From: Harriotta raleighana
Lineage: Eukaryota
Direction of reading: 5' to 3'
DNA: 64,000 nt
Assembly (NCBI GenBank): GCA_050575255.1
Contig: JBNZDD010013714.1
Span: 2,365,494 to 2,429,493 of the forward strand
Shown: one piece after another, positions 41,754-54,100 of the stretch
How positions within the stretch are numbered: the stretch's first letter is position 1
Layout of the letters: every line of letters begins with the position of its first letter
Notes under the pieces: generated by a model
The model's input: the letters and a program-made list of their open reading frames with translations, nothing else
Database searches by the model: none
What the model was told of the DNA's origin: nothing
Made by a program: the position numbers and the translations under genes

Positions 41754-44700
41754 GTAAGTCAGGTTACTGCTAATATTTACAGTGTGCATGGAATTGCTGA
41801 TATTATGTGGCTTAATGATGCTTTTGAAATTGATTTCTTAATTTAAATGGTGTAATTGTCAACGTTATAATACTCTGAATAACTGCTGCACTTGTAACAC
41901 CGGTTTATTTCCTGTTTACTTTGTCAGTTCGTCCGATGTTGATGCTGAGTTTGATACAGTTATTGGAAACATAGAAGATATTATTATGGGTAGGTCAAAT
42001 ATTGTTTTAATTAAGTTACCATCTTTCCATGTACTTAACTAAATGTGGCATTTTCACAGGTGTTTACTTGATTCAATTATAATTTGTATGTTGCAAGGAC
42101 CAGTGAGAATAGAAACTTATAGGAAAAAACAAACATGAGCAAGTGTTACAAAAATGTTGCACATTCAGGGAGTATTTGGATATTCAACAACACCAACAAG
42201 ATTATATTTGTATAGCGCCTTTCAGTCGGTAGGACATCCTAAGGCGCTGGACAGTTAGTGTTTTGGAGCTGGGATTGGGAGCGGGAAGGGGGGTGACCAA
42301 AGGCACGGTCGAGGAAGAGGGTCTTGAGGCAGGATTTGAAGGAGGCCAGAGAGGGGTGAGGCGGATGGAATGGAATTCCTAAAGTTGCTGGCAGAGTGTC
42401 TGAGGGCTCAACCTCTCGATGGTGTGGCGGATGGATCGGGAGACATGGAGCAGCCCAGAGCCCACCGAGTGGAAGGATCGGACAGGTTGGTAGGTGGTTA
42501 GGAGGTTGCAGAGATGGGACGAGGTAAGTGCATGGAGGGCTTTAAAGGTGAGGACCAGGTGCTTGAGTCCTCTGAGTGATGGGAAGCCAGTGGAGTTGGA
42601 TAAGAATGGTGGGTGATAGGGTCACAGAGCTTGCAGGACAGGAAATGGTCTGCAGAGTTCTGGATGATCTGCAACCTATGGATGGAGGAATTGGGTGTTG
42701 GCATAGGCAAGCCTGGATGTGATGAATGCATGAATGAGTTTCAGCAGCCTGAGGGGTGACTTAATGGCGCATTCGGACAATGCTACGGAGGTGAGGGGAG
42801 GCAGAGCAGGTCATGGCATGTGGGGGAGAAAAGACGATTGAAAATCGAACAAAACACTGTGGTTCCTGACTGGCTTGGTGAGGTGGTATGTAGAGTTTGA
42901 CGCTGACGGTGCCTGAGTTGCAGAGGCGCTGGCGTGAGCCATTCAGGAAGTCCTCAATCTTGTTGATATTCAACTAGAAAAAGTTAGTTCTGATCCAGGT
43001 CTTGATGTCCGACAGGCAATCAGTCTGTCAGGACAGCAGTGGTCTGGGAATTGACGGTGGAGGCAGAAGGATAGAAACAAAAACAGCAATTGCTAGGAAC
43101 ACCCAGCAGGTCAGGCAGCATCTGTGGAGAAGGGAAAGCAAGTCAACGTTTCGGGTCCACGACACTTCTGCTTCTGTTCCAGCAATTTCTGTTTTTGTTT
43201 CAGATTGTCATCATTTGCAGTTTTTTGTGTTTTCACAGAAAGATAGAGGTGGGTGTCATCTACATACATATGGAGGTTGACTCCATGTCTGTAGATGATG
43301 TCAACCAAGGCGAGTATATAGACCAAATAGTTGATAGAAAGATTTGCATCATTTTTTAAGGGAGCAGTAAATCCTTTAATATTATTTTTGAAATCCTTTC
43401 TATTTGTCTCTGAATTATCTCTAGTTAACTAAACCTTGATTGTTTTTCTTCTCTGACCCAGGGCATTGAGATTTTGTGCAGTAATCCTATCAGCTTCTTG
43501 AAGTGGAACCTGGACTCTCCTGGTCTTTGTTGCTTCATAGTAATGAGTTTAACAACCAAGCCATTAGGAGCGTATTTTAGAACATCTTAAAGAACAAACC
43601 AGTTACTGTTAAGTAAAGAACTAGTGAAGGTGTCAAGCTTTTCTCTGGGCAGTGAATAAAAATTGTATTTTACTAGCAACACTTCCTAATAAGAACAACA
43701 TACTTGGAGGGAAATCATTCCTAGACATTGGCTGCTCTTTGAATCTCCTGGTGTCAAACTTGAGAGTGATATGGCCAGAGGCTTGGAAACAGATTGTATG
43801 TTCTTGTTTCTCATGAAAGTAGAAGTAACTTTAGATGAAGCGTATCAAAAACTTTTACTCTTGCTGTTTTGTAAGGGTCCTTGGTTTAGAATTTCAACTA
43901 CTCTTCTAATTTAAAATGTACTGCACTTTCAATGGCATCTGCTGCGTAAAGATAAAACTGTTAAACTTTTCAATATTTTGTACACACATTTTAAGTAGAT
44001 GTAAGCTTCTGAGGATGTTGAAGTGATAGAAACTAACTCTGAATGGGCAGTCACTTTTTTATGATGGTTCAACTTATAACTTCCACATCTCCTTTTTAAT
44101 TTACTGCACACACAATTGAGCTAGAAAATCTGCAGATTTTTATAAAAGTATATCTGTCTTCTCTGCCACTCAGGTGATGAATTTCAGCAGTTACAGAGGC
44201 ATTTTATGGACAAGTATTATTTAGAGTTTGAGCATTCTGAAGAAAATAAGCTCACTTATACTCCAATCTTCCAAGAATATGTGAGTCAGTACCTTTCTGT
44301 TCCCTTTTAAATATTCCTGATGTTTCTTGAGCTACGAACATTGTAAATATTTGCTCACTGGACTGTCCAGTACTGTTAACTTTTTCTTTAAGCATTTGTT
44401 ATATGGTATTTTTCTTCAAATACGTTCAATGATTCTTTCTTTTTCAGATTGAGTTGCTGGAGAAGTACATTGAGCAGCAATTAATGGAAAGGCTGCCAGG
44501 CTTTAACATGACTGTGTTTACCACATCACTAGAGTAAGTCATGTCCAGCAAAGGTCCAGCAAGATTCATAATGTTAGGGCTCCCCCAATAGTTGAAAGTA
44601 GGTAAAGGCAATGCGGCACAATGTGAACTAGACCAGGCAGCAAGTTTGATTCCCAGTCTGGTGAGTTAGCTGAAACCAGGAGAATGTGAAAGGTTCACAA

Positions 44701-47700
44701 GCAATAAAAACGGACAGTGCAGCAACACAGCTGATAATTAATCAGCATTTCAAACGGGTATTGTTTTTCCCCCCAATGACAGCTGTCATTTGAACTGGCA
44801 GACTTACTGAGGGCGGCCCATGGGTTTTACATCCTTTGGGGCAATGGGAACTACAACAACAACAAAATGATATTTATAGAGCACTTTTCACATTGGGGGG
44901 ACGTGTCTACTAAAGGATGGAGCTGAAGAGACCTCTATAAAAGAAAGAGAGGTGGTGGGTGAGGGATCCTAGGGAAAGGAGACAAACGGACAGGATTTAA
45001 ACATGTTAAAGCGAAGATCAAAGAATTCCTAAGAAAAACAGGAAACTTGTTCTTGCAGTTTCCTGGGACTTGATTGGAACATCAAAGGGCCGAAAGAAGT
45101 TGTAGTGAGAGGGATAATGGAAGTACTTTCCAGATGACAGTAGGGAATCAATCATGTTTATAGATTAATTGTAACTGTTGAACAGCAAACTATTTTACAT
45201 GCCTGGTTGGAATTTGGGGTATCTCACTCTTGTACTTTGTTTACAGGCAGCATAAGGACGAGATCTCTGGAGAGATATTTGACATGTTGCTAACGTTCAC
45301 AGATTTTCTGGCTTTCAAAGAAATGTTTCTCGACTACAGGGCAGTAAGTGATTCTACTATAAAAAGAAAAACAGATTAGACCACTAGGTATCAGGGTACT
45401 GTGTTGAATGCAGGTTTTTTGTACCAAGAACTGATCTTCCTATGTCATCACCAACTTGTGACAACTGCTTTACCAGTTCTGAAAGCAAGGAATGTCTTTC
45501 CCCGCTATGGTAGTTTCCCCTTAGTCTTGTCTCCATTCCGTAAAAATAATGTGATCGACTGCATCAGAATATGAAACAAACAAATTAAATCTGCAGGCCA
45601 ATCAGCCTTACTTCGGTAATAGGAAAACTACGGGAGACTATATTCCGGGACAGAATAAATCTCTACTTAGAGGAACACAAGGTAATTAGAGACAGCCAAC
45701 ATGGATTTGTTAAAGGCAAATCTTGCCTTTAACAAATCTAATAGAATTTTTTGAAGAGGTGACTGCGTAGGTTGATGAGGGAAATGAGGTGGACTTTATT
45801 TACATGGATTTCAAAAAGGCTTTTGACACAGTACCGCATAAGAGATTAATAAAAGAATTAGAGGCCCACGGTATTAAGGGGACAGTGGCAGTTTGGATTA
45901 AGAACTGGCTGAGTGACAGAAAGCAGAGGGTGGTGGTTAATGGGTGTTTCTCGAAATGGAAGGAGGTGTCCCCCAGGGATCGGTATTGGGACCACTGCTC
46001 TTTCTAATATATATTAATGATCTGGACTTGGGTATAGAGAGCACTATTTCCAAGTTTGCAGATGATACAAAGTTAGGTAGGGTAGTAAATAGTGAGGAGC
46101 TGCAAGCAGACATACACAGAATGGTGGAATGGGCTGACATGTGGCAGATGGATTTCAATGTGGATAAGTGTGAGGTGCTAAACTTAGGTAGGAAAAATGA
46201 TACGAGGCAATTAGTAGCTCAATCTTAAGGGGGGGTGAACGTACAGAGATTTGGGTGTTCAAGTAAGCGAATCATTAAAGGTAGCAGGGCAGGTAGATAA
46301 GGCAATAAAAAAGGCATTTGGTGTACTGAGCTTTATTAGTAGGGGCATAGAGTATAAGAGTAGGGAAGTTATGGTTAATCTATACAAAACACTGGTTAGG
46401 CCTCAGCTTGAGTATTGCGTCCAGTTCTAGGCACCTTACTTCAGGAAGAACATTAAGGCACTGGAAAGGGTGCAGAGGAGATTCACGAGAATGAGACCAG
46501 GAATGGGGAATCGTAGCTATGAGGACAGGCTGGAGAAGTTAGGACTTTTCCCATTAGAGCAGAGAAGGTTACGCGGGGACCTGATAGAGGTCTTCAAGAT
46601 CATGAATGGTTTCGACAGGCTAGATAGGGACTAGCTGTTTCCGCTGGTAGGTGTGTCTGTGACCCATGGTCACAGTATTAAGACATCTACCAAAAGAAGC
46701 AGAGGGGAGGTTAGACAAAAAAGTTTCACTCAGCAAGTTGTTCGAATTTGGAATGATCTGCCTGAATGGGTAGTGAGGTCCGATTCGATAGCAACTTTTA
46801 AGAGAGAACTGGATAGGTATCTGGGGAAGACGAGTTTGTAGGGTGATTGGGATTAATGAAAGTGACATTGCTCTGTCAAAGAGCCGGCACAGACTCGATG
46901 GGCCGAATGGCCTCCTTCTGTGCCGGAACATTCTATGAATCTATGAATCTTATTTACTATGACTTTCTTTAATGAAAAAATATTTTATTGGATTTTGCTA
47001 CAGGTTATAGCAGGAGTTCTGTACAGTCATTGATTGATTATTGAAATAGAAATAAACAGTATTTATTCCAAAGGCCATTTTTCAAAATTTGTATTGAGCC
47101 AATTACAGTAAAAGTCCAATAATCCGGCACGGTCGGGACCTAGGCAGTGCCCGGTTTTCGGATATGACGGATTATTGGACGTTACTCTTAGGGATCGGAG
47201 GATTTGAGTGTGCTGTGCTCTTATCTGTGTTACATACCTGTATAGCGAAACCTAAGCTCTCCCCAGCCCGACGGAGCAGGCAGTCTGCCTAAAGAGGCAT
47301 CACACCGCCGAAAGTTAATTTTATAAAAATTGTGTGCACTTGTTAAAGCGCACATGCGCACTTATTAAACGTGACATCAGTGAAGGGCCCCCGAGGAAAA
47401 TGCACCAGGTAGTTTGAAGGATCTTTGGGAAGAGATGTGCAAATTGTATTTAAAAAAAAAAGACCATTGCAGATGCCTGACTATAAGACTTTCCAGATTA
47501 TTAGGTGCCGGATTAAAAGGACTTTTACTGTATATTGATAAGTGAACGAAATGAAAGTATCACTGCAGGTTGAAACTCAATATGTCCTCTCCTTTTCAGG
47601 AAAAAGAAGGGCGTGGGCTTGACTTTGGTGCAGATCTGGTCGTGACGCCATTGTCGAAATCATCCTCATTGCCTGGTCCTAGAGCTCCTAGCAACATTCA

Positions 47701-47704
47701 TTAA
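41716..47704 (+). CDS. ARL2BP: ADP-ribosylation factor-like 2 binding protein (BART), whole gene model (6 coding exons, 164 aa)
   Basis: join(41716-41753,41928-41989,44174-44280,44448-44533,45247-45343,47600-47704) = 495 nt, all GT-AG. Peptide MEDVEEENFVISVSSDVDAEFDTVIGNIEDIIMGDEFQQLQRHFMDKYYLEF..EENKLTYTPIF..FDMLLTFTDFLAFKEMFLDYRAEKEGRGLD. Confidence 0.97.
41928..41989 (+). CDS. ARL2BP: ARL2BP coding exon 2
   Basis: gtcag|SSDVDAEFDTVIGNIEDIIM|gtaggt. Confidence 0.95.
42185..43325 (-). mobile_element. Degenerate L2 LINE with Penelope-like insert
   Basis: HGVNLHMYVDDTHLYLS (RT YADD region), RLQIIQNSA, tail at 42185-42255. Confidence 0.85.
43073..43237. mobile_element. Penelope-like remnant with inverted terminal segment, inserted in L2
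   Basis: gaaacaaaaacagcaattgct ... agcaatttctgtttttgtttc inverted arms around a truncated hammerhead. Confidence 0.6.
44174..44280 (+). CDS. ARL2BP: ARL2BP coding exon 3
   Basis: ctcag|DEFQQLQRHFMDKYYLEFEHSEENKLTYTPIFQEY|gtgagt. Confidence 0.95.
44448..44533 (+). CDS. ARL2BP: ARL2BP coding exon 4
   Basis: ttcag|IELLEKYIEQQLMERLPGFNMTVFTTSL|gtaagt. Confidence 0.95.
45247..45343 (+). CDS. ARL2BP: ARL2BP coding exon 5
   Basis: tacag|QHKDEISGEIFDMLLTFTDFLAFKEMFLDYRA|gtaagt. Confidence 0.95.
45595..46950 (+). mobile_element. 5'-truncated, frameshifted CR1 LINE, same family as 12017-13125
   Basis: RPISLTS, IYMDFKKAFDTVPH, PQGSVLGP, KFADDTKLG; same 3' UTR and terminal repeat. Confidence 0.95.
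47106..47530. mobile_element. pogo/Tigger-like MITE, different subfamily
   Basis: TA|CAGTAAAAGTCCAATAATCCGGCAC ... GTGCCGGATTAAAAGGACTTTTACTG|TA. Confidence 0.85.
47600..47704 (+). CDS. ARL2BP: ARL2BP last coding exon
   Basis: ttcag|EKEGRGLDFGADLVVTPLSKSSSLPGPRAPSNIH*. Confidence 0.95.
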   Translation, partial: EKEGRGLDFGADLVVTPLSKSSSLPGPRAPSNIH

Positions 47705-47825
47705 CGTAATTTCCTGTGTATCTTGACACTATTGTTACCTACAAAGAGTCGCTCACTTACATACATGATGATCCTGTCATTTATGGAAAGTCGCAGCTTT
47801 TTCTCTGACGAGTCTGAAGGACATA

Positions 47826-47868
47826 AATAAATTCATCTATCACAGATACACAGTGAAATGTCAATAAA
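47826..47868 (+). terminator. Candidate ARL2BP polyadenylation signals
   Basis: AATAAA at 47826 and 47863, 120-160 nt after the stop. Confidence 0.4.
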
Positions 47869-50383
47869 ATAATTCACTACTTATGTGACATTAAGATAGA
47901 CCAGATTGTCTTTACAGCTTTCTTTCAGGTTTAAAATCCACCCTGTAACTTAAGCCTTCTTAACCAGCTAGTGTAGGACACAACTGATCCTTATTTAAAT
48001 GATTGTTTGCAGCCCTATCCATCGGGCCACAACAAAGCCCCTGAATGTGCATTCCACAACATGTTAAATAATTAAGGAATTAAGCCAAATTAAATTGTTG
48101 TTAATTGGCTGATTTCTCTCCCATCGCCGTCCATCTTATTTGCATTTTACATTTTAATAAATATTCCTGCTAGTTTCCTCCATCAGCCAAACAATTCCAG
48201 CTTTAATTATTTACCCACTTATTCTAATACCTGTGTTCTGGATAGAACAGTATGGGCAAAGTTCTATTATTGAGCAATATTTTATTGCCAGCTGATCCCT
48301 TTTACCTTGTAAGACTCATAAAACTATCGGTTCTCGAGCCAAAGGCAGCATCAGTTTGTCATTTTATTGATAAACCGATATCCTTCGCCATTTTCCCCCA
48401 GTACAATTACCTCAAGCAGAACTTTCAGGTATCATTTGAGTTCATTAACCCATTGACATTACAATAAATTTCTTGCTTGGGTAGCATATCCGACAATGGT
48501 ATATTTTTATTTCTCAGGGTGGAAACCTGTAAATAGCTGTTGAGAATGGTGTTATACTGTTACTCATTACTTAAATAATAATAGCATGAAATGGATATAA
48601 GGAAAGAGCAGGGGATTGGAATTAAAGTAAATCAAGCAATCGAATGTGAGTGGTGTAGTTAACTTCAGTGGGGCAGCTAGTACCAGAGCAGAGACAATTG
48701 TCTAACCTAAACACTCCAACGCTGAGGTTCAGGCCTCATATTCTCAGCAGTCCTTCCACCAGAATTGTTGTGAATCCTTTTTATTTAAGACTTTTAAATT
48801 ATATTGTATTACTGACATGTAAAATGGTATGTAACAGTTACAGGGGGAGCTGAGCATGAATGTAAGGATTACACTGCAGTTTAGTTACAAAAGTACACTT
48901 TACCCATTTTTCACTCCTGCTACTTTAATATCCCTCCCATACCCTTGAGATTTGCATTCCTTTAGATAAGTGGAAAGGTATTTGGCATGATTCTCACCCT
49001 ATCTACATAGGGATCGCATGTGTTCTTTTGCCACCTAATCTTTGTTCATTGTGAATGAAATATTTTTGTTTAATGGGCAGTCCATTTTATAAGCTTAAAG
49101 TCCATTGTGCTGTTAATTATAACAAGTTTTAATATTTTTTGTTGAATAAGTGAAGGATATTATGGTTTCTTCACGTGTATGAATTTGAGTATTGAAGTCT
49201 TATTGGATTCATGTTAGTATTTTTCACACATGTACATTGTTATTCTAATATATTTTAAATAAGATTGCTGAAACTCAGTTTTTTTTAAGATCAATTGTAT
49301 TTGTTTCTTATTTTTAAATGAAAATTGCTGATAAAGAAAATATTGGGACCTTGGGTCAAATATTCTACCAGCTTCCATGGTTTGAGCTTTTTTTTTGGTC
49401 AGCCAGGTATCTGATTTACAACATCACCTTGCTTCCGAATATCCAAACCAAACTGAGAATTCCATGCATTCAGCCTACACAGAGAGATTGTTGAAATGGT
49501 AAACACACTCTCTCCCTGAATGCATCCTGTTTACCCATTTCTGGAAAGTATCAAGCATTGGTTGGCAAGGGCCAAGGTTTGAGTGTGCGTTTGGATACTG
49601 CTGGAGTCTTACCAGCTAAGCCAGCATGACTTGCCATTGATAGTTAGGCTCACACCTGAAGAGTGGCTTCTTCAAAAATGTACTGAAAAGTTGCCTTCAA
49701 TGGAAAATACTTTTTGGTTGTGGGAGGAGGGTACACTGGAAGATTAAGAAATCTTACATGTATGTGATGATGGGTTCTCTTCCATTCAAAAATGTGCATT
49801 TTGTTAAGTACCAAACTGCACTAAAATGGGTTTTGAATAGTGCTAAAATTTCAACCAAGATTTACTATTCCAGTTGTCAGGAAGGGGAATGGAGATCTTC
49901 TGTACAGTGGTATAATAATCCTGACATTTGATATAGCACCTCATCACGTCTTTGAGATGTCACAAATACTTCTCAGAATATACTGTAAAGTGTATTGACT
50001 ATTTTGTGGGAGAAAGATAAATGCATTTTGGGGTAAACAAGAATACGAAACAAATATTTTAGCAAATTAGTCTTGTTTAATTGTATATATTTTTTCTCAC
50101 AATGTTTGGAGGATTTTTATAATGTATAAAATGAAACAAATGTCCAACAATTTAATATGTAAATACACTGAGAACTACAGTTACACTTTTACACCAAGCA
50201 GATTTGCAAGTAATTTACATCTGATTTAAGCAGTTTTCCATGGTTCTAGACATTTCTCTAACATGCATCGTCNATGTCCAACAATTTAATATGTAAATAC
50301 ACTGAGAACTACAGTTACACTTTCACACCAAGCAGATTTGCAAGTAATTTACATCTGATTTAAGCAGTTTTCCATTCCATATT

Positions 50384-50389
50384 TTTATT
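50384..50389 (-). terminator. Candidate PLLP polyadenylation signal
   Basis: TTTATT on + (AATAAA on -); another at 50730-50735. Confidence 0.4.
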
Positions 50390-51048
50390 TAAAATTTTCA
50401 AACACAGTATTCAAATAGTTACAATTTCTATTTTACACAAGATCGTGACAGCCACACATTCTAAAAGATTACATTTTTCTAAAAACTGTCCCCAATCTAG
50501 GGAAGTTTTAAGAATAACTTAGGAATAGTTCCCTTTGTAATATTTAAAACTAAATTTCTAAGGAAGATTTTTGATCAGCAGAATAACAAATGCCCCAAAT
50601 CACATCTTCAAAGAAACTAATTGGGGTCACTTTTAAAACTGCTTCAAAACACAGAATCATATTTACAGAAAAGTAAAATAGTTCATTATTAGGCAGCAAT
50701 CAAATGTTACATGTTTCTTTAAATTTAATTTTATTCCCTGGTTTATATTCTTTAAAATACTAAAATCTGTATAATATTCCCCAACCAATTTGTTCGATGA
50801 AAGAGCCCTCATTCATTCAAAATAACATGCACACAGGGAACAACATACTTAAATTACGGCTTCAAGTTACTCACCATGATAAACCAATAGGTTTGTGATT
50901 TTTGTTTCCAATCTGGATGTTGCAGTAATTCTCGTTGCTGCATTTGCTTCTGAAGAAAGTTGAAACGAGGCAATCCTCCACTGATTTCTAGAGTATGTAT
51001 AGGAAAGTGCTGCTTGCTTCCACCTTGAGAGACAGTCATCACCAGGAT

Positions 51049-51147
51049 TCAAGATGGCTGCCTTAAATTGCTATCAAATTCTTGCCATGACCGAAAACTG
51101 AAGAAAGAACTCGCTCCGTAAACTATCGTCGTCACCGCTGCAAAGAA
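51049..51147 (-). CDS. PLLP: PLLP exon 4 (stop)
   Basis: aacag|FFAAVTTIVYGASSFFSFRSWQEFDSNLRQPS*. Confidence 0.93.
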   Translation of the reverse strand, partial: FFAAVTTIVYGASSFFSFRSWQEFDSNLRQPS

Positions 51148-54100
51148 CTGTTGAGAAAAACAAATGGTTCAAATCCACGGTATTCTAATATGATTATGCC
51201 TTGTGTGCTCTAACTGTGCATTGCCACGTTTTTGCCCACAAATATACAGTCGTTTTTTCCTGCTCTCCTTCCCCCTACCGCTGCCCCGCTGCTCTGATCC
51301 CTACTTGACTGTTCAGCACCTTGGGACGTCCTCCCAGAGTGAAAAGGCGCTGTATAAATGTAATTGTTGATTGNCCCCGCTGCTCTGATCCCTACTTGAC
51401 TGTTCAGCACCTTGGGACGTCCTCTCAGAGTGAAAAGGCGCTGTATAAATGTAATTGTTGATTGATTGTGCTTTAATTACTCTTAACTACCAAACACCTT
51501 CATCTATACACTATTTGTTGAGATTAGAATACAATATTTTAATTGATAAATTGTCAAGAAAAGTAATTACTAACTTTTGTCTCTCTATATATATATATAT
51601 ATATACTGTATATATCTAAATAACCTTTTCTTGTTTATCTAGAATATCGCTTGTGGATAAATACTGTATGCTGAATGACATGTATCAAAGCCAAATTGAG
51701 TTATGTAAAATGCAGGATAAACAGATTCATGTTATCCATATTTGATAGCCATTTACTGTATACAGTACCATTCCTTCACAGCTGCAACATTCCAAGAACC
51801 TCCCTCAGAGATTAAAGCATTCAGTCAGACAATTGAATACTGTACATATATTTTGGATACAAGGATAAATGTTTGAAATCGTACTTTTCTGCCTCCACCT
51901 ATGGAACTCCATCCCAAAGCCTTACCATTCGTCCCCTAGCTTTAACCTTTTTTAAAAATATATATATATAAAGCTGCTATTTACTGTAAAGGCTACTTTT
52001 ATAAATGTAACAGTTGAAGTACTCACCCCAGCAGCTGCTCTGTTATTGTGCTGATATGTCTTTAATGATTTCGGAGGAGAAACGGTACGCGCTGTAATGG
52101 TACTGAAGGCAGTGATGTATAGAACTGTAGCACTTAGGTTAAAGCACATTACCTGTGGAAAGAGAAAGATTTTATCAGGAGAATACCATAAACATGGGTG
52201 TTTATGATTCTTTTTTATCTTAGATCTGACAATAAGTCACACAGTGAGATCAGTAAAATTCTTACACCTTTCACATCTGGAGAATGTCTCGTTAAAGTAC
52301 TTTGGAAGAATTGATTGTAAAGCGCAGGGAACCCACAGCCCTCTGGTTCCGAGGCGAGTATATTATCAGTTCAGCCAGGCTGACACAAATGCCCCTTGTG
52401 TCTTCTCCCACACCAGGCTGTGCGAACCTGTCGCCCTCATCCTCGCCCATACTCCACTAGTTTCCCATCAAACTATCAATCCATCCACTTGATAGAATAT
52501 TTTTAAAAATTCCTTAGCAATCACACCGTCAGTATTGAGCTTTCTAAAGGAATTCCTAACACATTTATTGGTGAAAGCAGCCCAATAACCATAGCTACAC
52601 GAATTATAGAAGAAATCAAGTGGACTCCTGTAGCACAGTGGTTAGTGTACTCGCTTTGCAAGCTAGAGACCTGGATTCAATTCCTGGCAAGGCGAAACCT
52701 TGGGCAAGTTTCCTTACTCCACCCACCTTCAGCCACTCTGCCCCAACCATTGCAATTCCATCCTGCAGTCTCTACTCCTCACCCACTCCCTAACCTTCTT
52801 CTAGTCCTGCCTCCAGACCCACCCTTTCAGTCGTGCCTTCTATCACCCCCCTTCCCTTCTCTTCCCGATCCCAACCCCAGCTCAGGTCTGAATCACTGAA
52901 TGTCCAGCGCTCTGGGACATCCTCCCGATGTGAACAGCGCTACACAAATGTAATTTTGTTGGTGAGATCTAACAACAATAGTGAAATGACAGTATATCAA
53001 CTTCCAAGTTGACTTCTTTTTTGATCAAAAATAAAAATGTAACAGGCTGGTAACTTTGCTGTAACTAACAACCCAACTCCATGTCCCTGGAATAGACACT
53101 TATACCTGTAGCAGAAAGCAATTCACTGCCTCTTAGGAAACTTATATTAATAATAATAATCCTTGAATTTTGATATAGCGCTTTTCACAATTTATCGACG
53201 TCTCAAAGCGCTTCACAGAAGCTGTATACTGTAAAGTGAATTGATTGTATATTTATGGGCGAAACGTGGCAGCCAATTGCGCACAGCAGTGTCCCACAAA
53301 CAGTCATGGATTGAAATGACCAATTTTATTATTGTGTTTTTTTTGAGGGATTATTATTAGGCATGTGGAGTAAGGAAACTTGCCCAAGGTTTCACCCAGA
53401 TCTGCCTGGATTCGAGGACAGATCTCAGGCTTGTCAGGCGAGTGCTCTAACCACTGAGCAACAGAAGCTCCAAACTTACCACAAGAACCCAAGGCACCAT
53501 TGGCAGTTTTGCAGTCAGGCCCAGCAGATACAAAGCAAACAGTATAATGGTTAACAACCATACGAATACTGCTACAAACATCACCCAGCCAAATGCAGGG
53601 TCATTCCCAAAGTGAGAGCCAGCAACCAGGGCCCACACCAAGAGGCCGATTACCTGCAAGGAAAATAACGACAAAAAAATCTTATGTCACCAAACTTGCG
53701 GTAAATACAAATGCATTGTTACCCTTGCTCCCTGTCAATGCTCTCTTTTCCTTAAGCGTCGACTCGCGCTGCTGATGATTGTCCCAGACTTTCAGCACGG
53801 AGTTTTGTAGCTCAGTGGTTAGGGCACTCGCCTCGCAAGCAAGAGACCCGGGTTCGATTTCCAGCAGGGCAAAACCTTGGGCAAGTTTCCTTACTCCACA
53901 CGCCTGATTATAATCCATCACGAAAAAATAAACACAATAATTCAGTCAGTTCAATCCCCGCATTTGTGGGACACTACTGTGCGCAATTGGCTTCCGAGTT
54001 TTTCCCACAAATACTATATACAGACTATTCATTTCACAGTATATTCTGTGAAGCGCTTTAAGGCATCTAGAAAATGTGAAATGCACTATTTCAAATGCAA

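Noticed and set aside
52027-53653. Second PLLP paralogue
   Set aside because: Only exons 2-3 are repeated, near-identically including introns, next to a 10-N gap.
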